Source: Dictyostelium discoideum
Taxonomy: Eukaryota
Direction: 5' to 3'
Length of the DNA stretch: 64,000 bases
Assembly: GCA_000004695.1 (NCBI GenBank)
Contig: CM000151.3
Coordinates: 6,240,001 to 6,304,000, forward strand
Below, piece after piece: positions 41,351 through 54,710 of the stretch. Under the pieces are notes generated by a model, which worked only from the letters and a program-made list of their open reading frames with translations, did no database searches and was not told the DNA's origin. The position numbers and the translations under genes were made by a program. Position 1 is the first letter of the stretch; each line of letters begins with the position of its first letter.

Positions 41351-41930
41351 TCTCTGGATCTAGAGATGGTAATGGAAGACTTCCTTTTCTTAGTCTTCTA
41401 ATTGGTGACGGTGTATCATTATTTTTATTATTATTTTTATTATTGTTGTTATTATTATTTATATTATTATTAATGCTATTATTTATATTATTATTATTAT
41501 AATTATGATTATTATAATTATTATTTTTATTCGTATTCGTACTTTTATTATTAATATTATTATCGTTAATAATATTATTATTTTTATTGTTATTATTTAT
41601 GTTAATAGTATTATTTTTTATAATATTAATATTATTATTTTCGTTTATATTATTATTATTATTTCGAGGTGATGATATTAAAGAATTATCGGAAATTGAA
41701 TTTGAAGAAGAAATTATTGGTTTAAAACAATCTGAACCACTAGATTTATTCAATTTAGTATCACTTTCTCTTCTTGATGTTTTGGAACCGGTTGGAATAT
41801 TTCCAATTTCAATATTTTCTTGTTTTAATAACCTATTCAATGCTAAAATTGGCGATTCTTTTGAACTATTACTATTATTACCATTGCTACTGTTGCTATT
41901 ATTATTTTCATTTGAATGATTAATGTTCAT
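41262..41930 (-). CDS. Asn/Ser-rich ORF of 222 aa; either a separate small gene or the true 5' exon of the downstream kinase
   Basis: MNINHSNENNNSNSSNG...SPIRRLRKGSLPLPSLDPENDNKNIFKNAEANPSKKELEHHNPDCNFE. It overlaps the first kinase ORF (39629..41350) by 89 bp in a different frame; I could not find a convincing intron joining them. Confidence 0.3.
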   Translation of the reverse strand: MNINHSNENNNSNSSNGNNSNSSKESPILALNRLLKQENIEIGNIPTGSKTSRRESDTKLNKSSGSDCFKPIISSSNSISDNSLISSPRNNNNNINENNNINIIKNNTININNNNKNNNIINDNNINNKSTNTNKNNNYNNHNYNNNNINNSINNNINNNNNNNKNNNKNNDTPSPIRRLRKGSLPLPSLDPENDNKNIFKNAEANPSKKELEHHNPDCNFE

Positions 41931-41936
41931 TCTAAA

Positions 41937-41976
<40 letters not shown>

Positions 41977-42627
41977 TATTTTTTTTTTTATTATTTTTGT
42001 TTTTATTATTTTTATTTTTTTTGTTTTTATTATTTTTATTATTTTTTTTTTTTTGATTAATGAAAAATTTTATTTTAGATTAGTTTACTAAATTTTTTTT
42101 TTTTTTTAATAGTATTAATTAATTATAAAAAATTTGTAACAATAACAATAAAAAAATAAAATAAAAAATAATATTAAAAAATAATATTAAAAAAAAAAAA
42201 AAAATAATAAAATGGAATAAAATAAAAAAAATAAATTTAATTTTTTTTTTTTTTATTATTTATAAATAATTGTTAATTTTTTCACAATTGTTTCAAATTT
42301 CAATTAAATTAATTTTTAAAATATGAAGATAATCATACAAAATATAGTATATGTACATTTATGTATAAAAATTTTTTAAATTGTGAGGGTTATTTTTAAA
42401 TTTCCTAAAACAAAAAAAATAAAATAATTAACGAGAGTGAATGAATGTATGTGTGATTATTATTATTATTATTTTTATTATTATTATTGTTTTTTTTTTA
42501 TTCTATTATTTCTATACAATTGACTGTCTTAATTACCCACACCCCATAAAAAAAAACAAAATAATATCAAATGGTTTAAACTATTTGAATAGAAAATAAA
42601 AATAATAACAAAAATTTTAATACCATT

Positions 42628-42661
<34 letters not shown>

Positions 42662-42740
42662 AAACATTAAAATAAAATTTTAAACTTTAATGGAAATTAA
42701 ACTATAAAAAAAAATTATATTTTATTTTTCAGTTTTAAAG

Positions 42741-42860
42741 ATAGGGGGATTTTGTGTGGTGTGAATGAATTAATATGGACTAGTATGTGTGGTTGTGGGT
42801 GTTTTTTATTTTTTTTTTGTTTAAAAGTGTGTGGAGAATGTGTTTTAGAATGAGAGTTGT
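42741..42860. promoter_or_regulatory. GT/CA-rich island in a 2.2-kb gene-free AT-rich region
   Basis: ggattttgtgtggtgtgaatg...gtatgtgtggttgtgggtgtttttt...gtgtgtggagaatgtgtttt...gttgtgtgttttt. Confidence 0.25.
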
Positions 42861-43297
42861 GTGTTTTTGTATGAACCGATTTTTATAAATATAAATATGG
42901 ACATTAGATAAAAAAAATGTAAATAAATAAGAATAACCTATCTATTTTATGTATGTATATATCTGTATGTGTTTGGGGAATTTTTTTTATTTTTTTTTAA
43001 AATAATTGAAAATAAATTATTATAATAATTTGATTATTTTTGAAATGAGATTATCTTTATAGTAGTAAAAAAAATTCTTTTTTTTTTTTTTTTTTGCTAT
43101 ACTATTACTCTTACCTCTATAATTTTTTTTTTAATTTTCAATTTCTATATTTTTTTTTTTATCCTTTTTTTTTTTTATTTTTTTAAAGATTTTTTTTTTT
43201 TCTTTTAAAAAATTATTATTATATTTATTATTATTAAATACACTTTTTTTTTTTTTTAATGTATATTACTTTATTATTATATTATTATTATTATTAA

Positions 43298-43367
<70 letters not shown>

Positions 43368-43587
43368 TACTATCTCAATTTTATAAAAACTAAAAACTAA
43401 AAAAAAAAAAAAAAATAAAAAAAAAAATAAAAAAAAAGGAAGTAACTTTAATTTTTTTTTTTTTTATTTTATTTTATTTTATTTTTTTTTTTTTTTCTTT
43501 TTATAAATTAAAAAAACTAATATTGTTTTATATATTTTTTTTTTTTTCTTGATAAAGATTTTTACTTAAAACAAATGGTGGTTGTTG

Positions 43588-43620
<33 letters not shown>

Positions 43621-44186
43621 AAAATTTTCTAAATTTATACAAACCTCCCCCTCATATATTTTTTTTTTTTTTATTTTTTTTTTTTTTTTTTTTATTTTTT
43701 TTTTTTTTTTTTTATTTATTTTATTTATTTTTTATAATAATAATAGTTAGACTTTAATTGTAGTAATCAATTATTATATATTTTTAATTTGAATTACTTG
43801 TAAATAAATTAAAAAGATTAAAAAAAAATTTAAATTCAATAACCAAATTCAATCTATTATATCTCTGAAAATCTAATAATATAAAATTAATATTATGAAA
43901 TAAATTTAATATAAAAATTCAATCAATTAATCAAATGAAATCAATGAACAAAGAAAATTTAATTCCGACTGGAAAAAAAATAAAAATAGAAAATAAAAAA
44001 AAATAAAAAAAAAAATAGAAAAAAAAAAAAAAAAAATAAAAATAAAAAAATAAAATTAAAAATAGAAATTTAAATTATTTATGGTTAATCCCTTTTTTTT
44101 CTTTTTTATTTCAAATTTATTTGTTTTATTTTATTTTATTTTATTTTATTATATTTATTTTTTTTTTATTTATTTTTTTTTTATTT

Positions 44187-47100
44187 TTAATTCCAATTCA
44201 AAATTACAACTAAAACAGTGATATTATCACCTGAACCTCTATCATAAGAATCTTGAGCTAATAATTCTGAAATTTCAGTTGCACTTTTTCCCAATTTTAT
44301 ATTTCTTTGAACAAATTGAACGGCTTCATCATATTCGACCTTATCCCAAAGACCATCACAAGCCAAAATGAAGAAATGATCACGAGCAGTGAGATCGGTT
44401 GTTGTTTGATAAGGATCAGAGACACAAAACTTCTTTTCACCCTCTTTGTACTCCTTATCACCAAACGATCTACTAACAGCCAATGAACCAAACAAACGAT
44501 TGAAAATGATCATACCACCCAAATCGGTGACTCTCTTCTTTTCTTGGTCATCACTTGCCAAATGTTTGTAGGAGAGTAAAACCGGTTCATAGGTGACGGG
44601 TCCTTTAGGATTTGCATTTGGTTGAGCACGTGCTAAAACTATCTCTGAATCGCCTACATTTGCAGTGTAGAGTTTATTTCCAACCAATAGAGCCGATACA
44701 CCTGTGCTACCACTCTTTTCACATTTTTCAATTACAATATCATCAGCTTCAGCGTATGCATCACGGAAAGCTTGTTCATAGTCACCATCTCGGAAACTTT
44801 GAGAATTGACCAAACAATTATGAACTGTTGGCTCCAAGAGTGTTGAGGTTTCAGTACCACCATGACCATCATAAACTGCATAGTATGAGATTGGTATATC
44901 CTTTGGTGGACCATTGTAGGTTACTGCCCCCATTAGATTATTCAAAATCACATGAGTATCCTCCATATTCTTTCTTCTACCTTGTAGTGAACCGAAACCA
45001 GATTCAAGTTTAATTTTACTACCAACACCACCATTACCGCAACTATCAGCACCATTCTTTTTAGATTCAGCTGCACCATCGACTTTACTTGTCTTCTTCT
45101 CCTTTGGTGGTTTTGTTGGTTTTGGTTCTTTTGGTTCTTTTGGTTCTTTTGATTCTTTTGGTTCTTTAATTGGTTTTGGTTCTTTTGGTGGTTTTGATTC
45201 CTTTACAGGTTTTTCTTTTGGTTCTTTTATTGGTTTTGGTTCTTTTGGTGGTTTTGGTTCTTTTGGTGGTTTTGGTTCTTTTGGTGGTTTTGGTTCTTTA
45301 GGTGGTTTTACAGGTTTTGGTTCTTTTGGTGGTTTTCCTTTTCCAATTACTACCGTTGCATTATTGTTATTATTATTAGTAGAGTCTGTTGTTGTTGCTG
45401 TGGTAGTGGTTGTTGTTGTTGTAGTAGTAGTAGTTGGTAATAATGTCATTGAAGAAGTTGGTGATGATTCATTACTATAACTACTATCATTATCCATTGC
45501 ACTTGCAATTGAATTACTTATACTACCAGTTGTTGATATAACTGAACTTGGGAATGTTGATGATCCATATGTTGTTGTATTATTGTTGTTATTATTATTA
45601 TTATTTACATTTTTTAATCGAGTATTATCATTATCACTACTATATAATCCAGGTATTGAAACTGAAGTATTTGGTAAACGACTATTCCTAGATGAATTTG
45701 AACCAATTGATGAAACTGGTGATGAATTTGATTGATTATAAGGTGTTGTAAAACCTCTTTTCTCTGCATCAATTTTTAAACTATCAAAAATACCTTCAAA
45801 CTCTTCTCTAACATTATTTTTATCTAATAAATTTACAATATGACTTTTATATGGTTTATCTTTATTTTGTAACTTTTTTTTTTTAAAAAAATAAAATAAA
45901 AAATTTAAATTAAAATAAATTAATATTGATTATTTTAATAATAATAATAATAAATAATGATAAAATCTAATACATACGAATTTTGTAAATTTATTTGATA
46001 TAAAAGATACAGCTTTTTCAGGATCATTACCACCTTCATATTCAGAGAAACAAGATTTTAAATCATATTGTTTAATATTTTCATAAAAGATATCACTTGT
46101 ATTAAAAATTAAATAAATTGCTAATGATTTATCAAATAATTCAGATTTTGTTAAAGTTTCAAATGAATTTAATGATTCTAATAATAAATTTCTATGAATA
46201 TGATTATTACACATTTCAACAATTGTTGGATCTGTATTTTGTGTTGCAACTAAATGATCTGAAAAATAACTAAAAATAAATATAAATATTAAATAATTAA
46301 TTATCATAATAAATTATTTTGGTTCGTTTGTTTGTTTGTTTGTTTGTTTGTTTGTTTGTTTGTTTGTTTGTTTGTTTGTTTGTTTGTTTGTTTGTTTGTT
46401 TGTTTGTTTGTTTGTTTGTTTGTTTGTTTGTTTGTTTGTTTAATATTAATTCTTTCACTTACTCTTTTAAAGCTACAACATAAAATATATAATTTGGTTT
46501 ATAATTTTGATGTAAACCAACCCAATTCTTTGGTGAAGATTGTTTACCTGAACATCCAAATAAATCCACTTTAAATCTTTTATGAATGATTGCTGATGAT
46601 TGAATAGTATCCTTTTGATCATATGCACTAATAATATCCATCTCTGTGGGTGTATAACTTGGATCAAATACTTTAAACATTCTATCCATATAACTATAGA
46701 GTTTTAAATACTAAATTAGTATATGTAAATAAAGAATTAAATAATAATAATAATAATAATAATAATAGTAATAATGTATTTTACTTACTATTTTGGTCTA
46801 CCAGGAGTTCTAATTTCTGAACAAATTTTTGAATGATTATAAACTGATTGAATTACTTTATCTTCCCAAATACATTTACAATCCCAACCTAATTTTAGGG
46901 GGAATCTTGGTAATCTATTTCTAGCCAATTCAACTGGTTGACTTTGTATTCTTTTAACTCGAGCTAAATTATCAGGTGATAAGGTTATATTTAATCTTTC
47001 ACTATTCTCAATGAAACGAATTAACGTTGCCAATGTATTACCATAAATCAAACGTTGATAATGCTTTGCATCGGTTGGATCTGTAACGCCATATATAAAT

Positions 47101-47507
47101 TCCAACTGTCTTTGTAATGTAGTTTTACCACTCTCTGTATGTCCTAATATCATAATAGTTCCACAAAAATCATGTGCTTTTAATATTGGTACCGCTGTAT
47201 TATTATTATTATTGTTATTAGATGATATCGATGATGAATTTGTTGTATTTGTATTTGTATTAGTAGTATTATTAACACTACTATTTGATGATGTCGAAGT
47301 TGATAATTGCGCTAAATTTTGTTCATTTTGTTTTTGTTGTTGTGCTAATTGTAATTGTTGTTGATGCTGTTGATATTGTAATTGTAATTGTTGTTGCTGT
47401 AATTGATATTGTTGTTGTGCCAATTGATGTTGTTGTGCTAAACTACTATGAGCTGGTGACTGTTCTTCTTTCTTTTCTTTTTTATTCATAAATAACATTT
47501 TCTTCAT
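44187..47507 (-). CDS. spnA: Spalten-type protein: a G-protein alpha-like domain fused by an Asn/Ser-rich linker to a PP2C phosphatase domain; 4 exons (46789..47507, 46463..46693, 45978..46269, 44187..45872). The model gives 975 aa
   Basis: Exon 1 has a Q-rich leader, then G-alpha blocks ILGHTESGKTTLQRQLEFIYG ... IWEDKVIQSVYNHSKI, with donor GTAAGT in phase 2. Exon 2 reads YMDRMFKVFDPSYTPTEMDII...VDLFGCSGKQSSPKNWVGLHQNYKPNYIFYVVALK (compare [28 protein letters not shown]) with donor GTAAGT. Exon 3 reads DYFSDHLVA...SLAIYLIFNTSDIFYENIKQYDLKSCFSEYEGGNDPEKAVSFISNKFTKF (compare ILFLNKKDLFEEKI...YPEY.G) with donor GTATGT. Exon 4 reads LQNKDKPYKSHIVNLLDKNNVREEFEGIFDSL (the G-alpha C-terminus), then the linker, PPKEPK repeats and PP2C motifs (YAVYDGHGG; LACDGLWD; DRGSGDNITVLVV). 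The architecture matches Dictyostelium Spalten; its length is recalled from memory, not verified. Confidence 0.85.
46326..46441. repeat. (GTTT)n microsatellite, about 29 units, inside spnA intron 2
   Basis: Direct reading: gtttgtttgttt... uninterrupted across 46326-46441. Confidence 0.9.
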
Positions 47508-47722
47508 TTTTCATTCACTATATATATATTATAATTCATATATATAACATATGAATTTTAATTTAATTTAATTTTTATTTTTTTTTATTTTTTTTATTTT
47601 TTTTATTTTTTATTTTTTATTTTTTTTTATGAAATGTAATTTTCAAAAAAAAAAAAAATAATAAAATTTTTTTTTTTTTTTTTTAATTTATAGGTGCGAT
47701 TGATCTGTTTCTTTCTATTTTT

Positions 47723-47764
<42 letters not shown>

Positions 47765-48448
47765 ATTTTTTGAAATAAATTAAAAAAACATAGAATTATT
47801 GTTGTTATTGTTATTGTTATTGTTGTTATTATTGGCGGTGATGATGTATTTATATATAGGAAGAAATTATATGTTTCTGTTTATGTGTGTGATTTAATGA
47901 TTGGAAAATAATTAAAAAAAAAAAATTTTTTTCTTTTTTTCTTTTTTTTTTTTTATTTTTTTTTTTTCCATTATTTTTTTTTTTATTTTATTTTTTTTTT
48001 ATTTTATTTTTTTTAATTTTAATTAAATTTGAATGTTTTTGTGGGGGTGTGTGGTTGTTTATGGTTGTGTAACAATAAAAATAATAATAATAATTGTTTT
48101 AAATTATAATTAGTTTTTTTTATTCTGTTTTTTTGAAATTTAATTAAAAAAAATTAAAAAAAAAAAAATAAAATTTTAAATCAAAAAAAGAAAAAAAAAA
48201 AAAAAAAAAGAAAAGGAATAAATGATAATAAATAATTAAAATTATAATAATAATAATAATAATAAAAATCCTAAAAATATTAATAATAATAATAATAATA
48301 ATAATAAAATATTATTACATATGGCTAATTTTAAATAATATATTATTATTCATAATTATTTATTAAAAAAAAAAAAAAAAAAAAAAAATAAAACTGAAAA
48401 TAAAAATTAAAGGAAAAAAAAAAAATTATTATAATTATTTGTTTGAAT

Positions 48449-48846
48449 TTAATTATAATTAAGTGTTGACAAAAAGTCATCGACATCAACCTCTTCAATT
48501 TTGAGAGATGTGGTAGTCTTTGATGTTGAATTACCTTCACTATTTTCTGTATTTTCATTTTTTTTATTATCAACTTCTTCTGTCTTTGTTTGATTATTCT
48601 CGTTTGATTTATTTTCAACGTTGTCAACATTTTTACTGAGAGTATTGTTGTCATTATTATTTTCTTCTTTAAACTTTGAAGAGGAGGAAGGAGTAGATGT
48701 TGTAGTTGAAGCCTCCATTTTCGGAGGTAATAATTTTGTTTTTGTAGCTGCTTTTATAAAAGGAGGAGCAATTGTAACTGATGATGTTATTGGAGTGATT
48801 AAATTTGTTGTCGATGTTATTTTATCAATTGAAGTAGAAATTTGTG

Positions 48847-48912
<66 letters not shown>

Positions 48913-50700
48913 TGTCGTTGTTATGATTGTTTAAATTTACATTGGAGGTATTGGTTGGTGTTGATACAGATATTTTTGAATTATTTGGAGATGAAAAATT
49001 TAAAGGAGTCCTTTTGTGATTTGCATTAGATATATTATGATCATTTGAAGATGATGTATCCTCAACTATTGGTATTGATGTATCTTGAGTTAATTCAGTA
49101 TCAATTTGATTACTGCTATTACTATCAATAATAATATTATCCATAGTTGGTTCTGATACTGTTGTTGATGTTGTTGTTATTGTTGTTTTTGTAGTTTTAA
49201 AAATATCATCGTTATTATTATTATTATTATTATTATTATTGTTGTTGTTATTATTATTATTATTTTTATTTTCATCTGTATTTCCATTATTATTATTTTT
49301 ATTATAATTTTTATTTTTATTTTCATCTGTATTTAAAGTATATGATTGATAAAATTCAGGATCAGCTTCAAGGGACATTAAAATATTATCTACATTTAGG
49401 GTCGAATTTAAAGAACCATTATAATTATTTGGAAAAACGAGATCCATAGTTTCATAAGAGTTATTTTCATCCTCTGTATTGTTCCAATTGATGTTGCTAT
49501 TGGTAGCGGAGGTAGTCGATGTATTTGAGGTTGTAGTTGTGGTAGTTGTTGTATTATCAGTAGAACCACCACTATTATTATTATTATTATTATTATTATT
49601 GATTTGATTATTAATTAATTCTGCAATTTTCTCAGGTAAGTGAGGATTTTTTAAGAAATCTAATTCTAAACCCTCCAACCATAAATTATTATTGCCACTA
49701 CCACTACCACCACCACTACCACCACTACCAGTACCAGTTGGACTATTATAACTGTTTGTGGCAATAGTATTATTTATTGAACTTAAACTTACAATTGGTG
49801 TATAATTTGAAAAGCTATTAAAATTATTAACATTGTTTGGTGATGTTGATAACTTTTTAGGTGTCATACTCTTTCTCTTTGATGGTGTTGTATTCATTTT
49901 AGATGCAACTGTTGTGGTGGTTGTTGTTGTTGTTGATGTTGCTTTTGTTGGTGAAGTAGATGATATATCACCATTTGGTGTATTTAAATTATCTTTTATT
50001 GTTTCCACTATATTTGTTTTTTTAATTACATTTGGAGGATTTGGTAATGGAAATTCGTTATTAATTGTAGATGATGTATTTGTTAAATTGGTAGTATTCA
50101 ATGATGAAGGGGTTGTAGTATTTGTTGTTGGCGTTGTTGTTGTTGTTGTTGTTGTCATTGGAGTATCAGTTTTCTTTCTTTTTAAAGTTGTTGATTGAAA
50201 TAATTCAGACATATCAATTTCAGAATCATTTATTGAAGTTGTTTGAATTTTTAAATTTTTATAATAAGAATAATCTTCAACGATATTATAGATTGAATTT
50301 AATGATTGATGAATCTTATCATAAAATTCATCATTTGTTGATATTTTCGTACTTAATGCCATTGAATTTATAAACAAATCTCTTTTTCTTTTCTCTTCTT
50401 TTAATATTAGATATTCATTTAGTATTGATACTAATGATTTAACTGATTTTGTCTTTTATCAAAGAGAAACAACATTAATGATGATAAATAATAAAAAAAA
50501 TTAGTATGTTAAAAAATTATTTATTATTTTAAAAGTTATAATATAAATAAATTAAATACCTGTGATTTTGCTAAACTTTTAATAACACTATGACACTCTT
50601 TTGAGAAAACTTCATGTGTATCTTTAAACTTTTCATCTTTTAAGAATGATAAAATTAAAAGACAAACTTCATTCACTCTTATCAATGAACAATTATCCAT
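48449..50700 (-). CDS. LisH-domain protein with a long S/T/N-rich low-complexity body, 2 exons (50560..50700, 48449..50452), about 714 aa
   Basis: Exon 1 reads MDNCSLIRVNEVCLLILSFLKDEKFKDTHEVFSKECHSVIKSLAKSQ (LisH helix pattern) with donor GTATTT. A 107-bp intron ends gataaaAG. Exon 2 reads TKSVKSLVSILNEYLILKEEKRKRDLFINSMALSTK... and continues as ORF 48449..50377. Confidence 0.65.
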
Positions 50701-51352
50701 ATTACTAATAATAATAATAATTATTTTTTTAAATTCATTGATGTGTCTGAAAGGTGAATATGAAAAATAAAAAAATAAAAAAAATAAAAATTTAAAAAAA
50801 AAAGTTGAAAAAAAAAAAAATTATTAAAAAAAAAAAATAAAGGTGAAAATATATTAAAAAAGAAATTAAGAATTGTTTTAATTTCTCAAAAAAATTTCTA
50901 TTTTATTTTATTCTTTATATTCTTTTTTTTTTTTTTTGTAATTTTTATTTTAATTTAGGAACTTGATCAATTTTTTTTCTTATTTTTTTTCAAACGATAA
51001 TTACCCAAAAATGGAAAGACAGTTGACTACTTAATTATCTCAATCAATATTTTTTTTATTTTATCAATAACAGGAAAGTTTTGATGTATGACCAACTTTA
51101 TAACACATTAAATTTTTTTCCAAACAATTTTAGTCACCCGAGATTTTTTTAAAAAAAAAAATATTATGGGTTGTCTATTTTAGGATATCAAAAAAAAAAA
51201 AAAAAAAAACCATGGGAAATTTCAAAAATTAACATGTTCAAGATATTTGTGGAAAAATTCATCGAAAAATGGCTACAAAAAGGTTCTTTTTATTTTTTTA
51301 ATATTACACTACAATTTTTTTTTTTTTTTTTTTTAATTTTTAATTTTTAAAA

Positions 51353-51388
<36 letters not shown>

Positions 51389-51428
51389 CACTGGTTGTTG
51401 AACAACATCTATTCATAAACTTTTATTT

Positions 51429-51464
<36 letters not shown>

Positions 51465-52324
51465 ATTTTGTTATAATAATTTTAAATATATTAACATATA
51501 ATAGAAATTTTTTTAAAAAAAAAAAAAAAAAAAGTTGGCCAGTGTTGGTTGTAATGTGAAATAAAAAAATTTTAATTTTATAAGGTAAGTTAACTCCTAA
51601 AAATTAATATCTTTTTTGTTTTTTTTTTTCATTTGCACCTTCTCCTATCAAAATTAAAAATTAAATTTTTTTTTTTTTTTTTTTTTTTAATTTTTCAATC
51701 ATTTAAATCAAGATATTACCAAAAATACCGTCGGTCATTGGAATCATTAAATTTTATAATTATTTTTTTTTTTTTTTATTTTATTTTTTTTTTTTCTTTT
51801 TTTTTTTAATTATAAAAATTACTCTCACAAAAAAAAAAAAAAAAAACAAAATCCCAATAACCTTCTCTATAGAGATTGACTTAAACATTGCCAAAAAAAA
51901 AAAAAAAAAAAAAAAAAAAATAGAAAAAAAAAAAAATATACATATATATACAATTATAATTTAAACAAATATATTTTTAATTTTAAAATTTAAAATTTTA
52001 TATTTTTTTTTTTATTTTTTTTTTCTTTTTTTTTTAATTTTTAATTTAAATTGTAACTATTCGAATAAATAAAATAAAACAAAACACAACAAAACTAAAC
52101 AAAGAAAAAAAATAAAATAAAATAAAAAAAATAAAAAATTTTAAATTAATACTAACCTGCTTAACTTTATAAAAAAAAAAAAAAAACTTCATAATAAATT
52201 TTTTTAAGAAATTAATAAATATACAACATAAAGATATAAAATAAAATACTCTTTTTTTTATTATTTATTATTTTTTTTTTTTTTTTTAATTAAAAAAAAA
52301 AAAAATTAAAAAAATTAAAGAAAA

Positions 52325-52641
52325 ATGCAAAATATTGAAGAATTAGTTCAACAATTATTAATTGGCGATGAAAATGTTGGGTTTATTAATGTTCCATCAA
52401 AATTTGAGAGCGATCAACAACAACAACCACAACCAACATCCACAAATAAAAAAAATACAAATGATGATAAGAATAAAATCAATACAGTAAAGATACCAAT
52501 TTCAATGGCATTATTAGATCAATTAAGTACATTGAAATCATTATCTGCCACTTTACCATCATCACCAACAATACCACCAACCAGTACAACCCATACTGTT
52601 GGTACCTCAACTTCAACTACACCATCTAGTAATTCAACATC

Positions 52642-52686
<45 letters not shown>

Positions 52687-54669
52687 GAATAATACATCAC
52701 CACCAACATCAACTACAAATACTAGTAGTAGTAGTACAACAACCTCAAATGTAACACCATCATCAATTTTAATTGAATATGAAAATAGGATAAATGGAAT
52801 TAAACAATTAATTGAAAAGATATTGAATAAAGAGATTCCAGATTATAATTCAAAAAAGTTTGTAGTAAATTTTGATTTTTCAAGCTACCCTTCATCTGCT
52901 GATTCAATTGTGAAGGATATATTGGATAGTTATGACGGTGATTTACAAGAAGAGCAAGCAAACTACGACATGGAATTGGAGAGTAGTGGTGGCCATTTTA
53001 GTCACCACAGTAACGATATATTTGGCCCATCACCATCACCACGTGGTGCGAATTCAATCCCCAATGGTTATACAAGCTATAGATTACACTGGGCCAGTAT
53101 CATTGTTAAATTACATCAAGCAATTCTTTCAAGTTCTCTTTACCAAAACCTCTTGAAAAAGATTTACAATGTTAATGCATCTTCACAATTAACATCCTCA
53201 CAAACTTTAGTTGACTCTTTGAAAGATCCAAAAATACAATCGAAAAAAATTAATTCAAGTTTATCCTCAAGTTCATTGGTAAACAAACAATTATCATCTT
53301 CAAGCGATAACTCTTCCACTTTGGATAGTAGTGATACAACAACCACCACAACTGCCGCAAATTCAAATGCAAGTGGCTTTGCTAAATCCTCAAAAGTCAA
53401 TGACTTACAACAAGATGGTAGTGTCATTCAATCAACAAAATCAACTCCAACCACTCCACCATCTGCTTCACCTTCAACAAGTTTTCGTGGTCTTACTGGT
53501 ACTAGTGCTGATCAAGATGCTATCTTATCAATTAGTAAACAACAACCTACTTCTCCAAGTTTAGGTAAATCACTATTCTCTAGTGTAATTGGTAATAATA
53601 ATAATAACAATGTTAATAATAATAATAGTAATAATAATAATAATAGTGGTAGTTATAATAATAACAATAATAATAATAATAAAGGTAGTACAACAAGTAG
53701 TTCAGGATTTTCATTATCTGCTCTAATGTCTGGAAATAGTCGTGATGCACCACCTGCTCTTAAAGATTTAGCTGATCGTTCAACAAAATATGATCAAGGT
53801 AAAGGCATTGGTATCGATATAAATAATAACCCACTACATCAATTGCAACCACCATCAACAAATGGTGCTACTGGAGATAGATATAATCCAAATATTAATA
53901 AGTTACCATCATCCTATGAAACTGATCCAGTTTTACTTCCAGATGGTTCAACATTTGATAATACAAGACAATCATCTTCAACATCGACTTCATTATCTTC
54001 AAATCCAATATCATTTGTATCACCAACAAGCAATAATAATATTCTTCCAACAAGTCAACCTGGATCTTATAGTGGCAGTAAACCTATTCCAATGAATAAT
54101 ACCAATTCATTATTCTCACCACCATCAAATAATCCATTATCAACATCATTTGGTATGCCAGGTAGAAATAGTAATAGTAATAATAATAATAATTTCCTTT
54201 CAACTTCACCATTTGATGCACCAGGCTCTTTAACTAGTGGCGGTATGCCACCAACAAGATATCCAGATTCATTCTTTTCAACATCTGCCTCTTCAAGAGC
54301 TCCCCCAGCATGTGATGCAATTCCATCCTCAAATGTTATTCAAATTCCACAATCAAACACTAACGCTGGTAGTTCAATGTTATCAGTTTCGCCATCACCA
54401 TCATCATTAAACAACAACAATATGATTGTTGGTAGTTTATCAAGTGCAAGCAATCCATTATCATCATCTGGTGGTTTTAATAGAATGCAAGGTAGTGGTG
54501 GTTTCGAATTAAATCAATCTGGTTCAAATATTTCTCAACCAGTTATTGTGCCACCTACAACTTCTTCAATCCCAATTAATGTCCAATCATCTTCATATTC
54601 ATCAAATTCTTCTAATCCTATATTTTCTTCATCACCAAATTCTCAATTATTATTACAACAACAACAATT

Positions 54670-54710
<41 letters not shown>

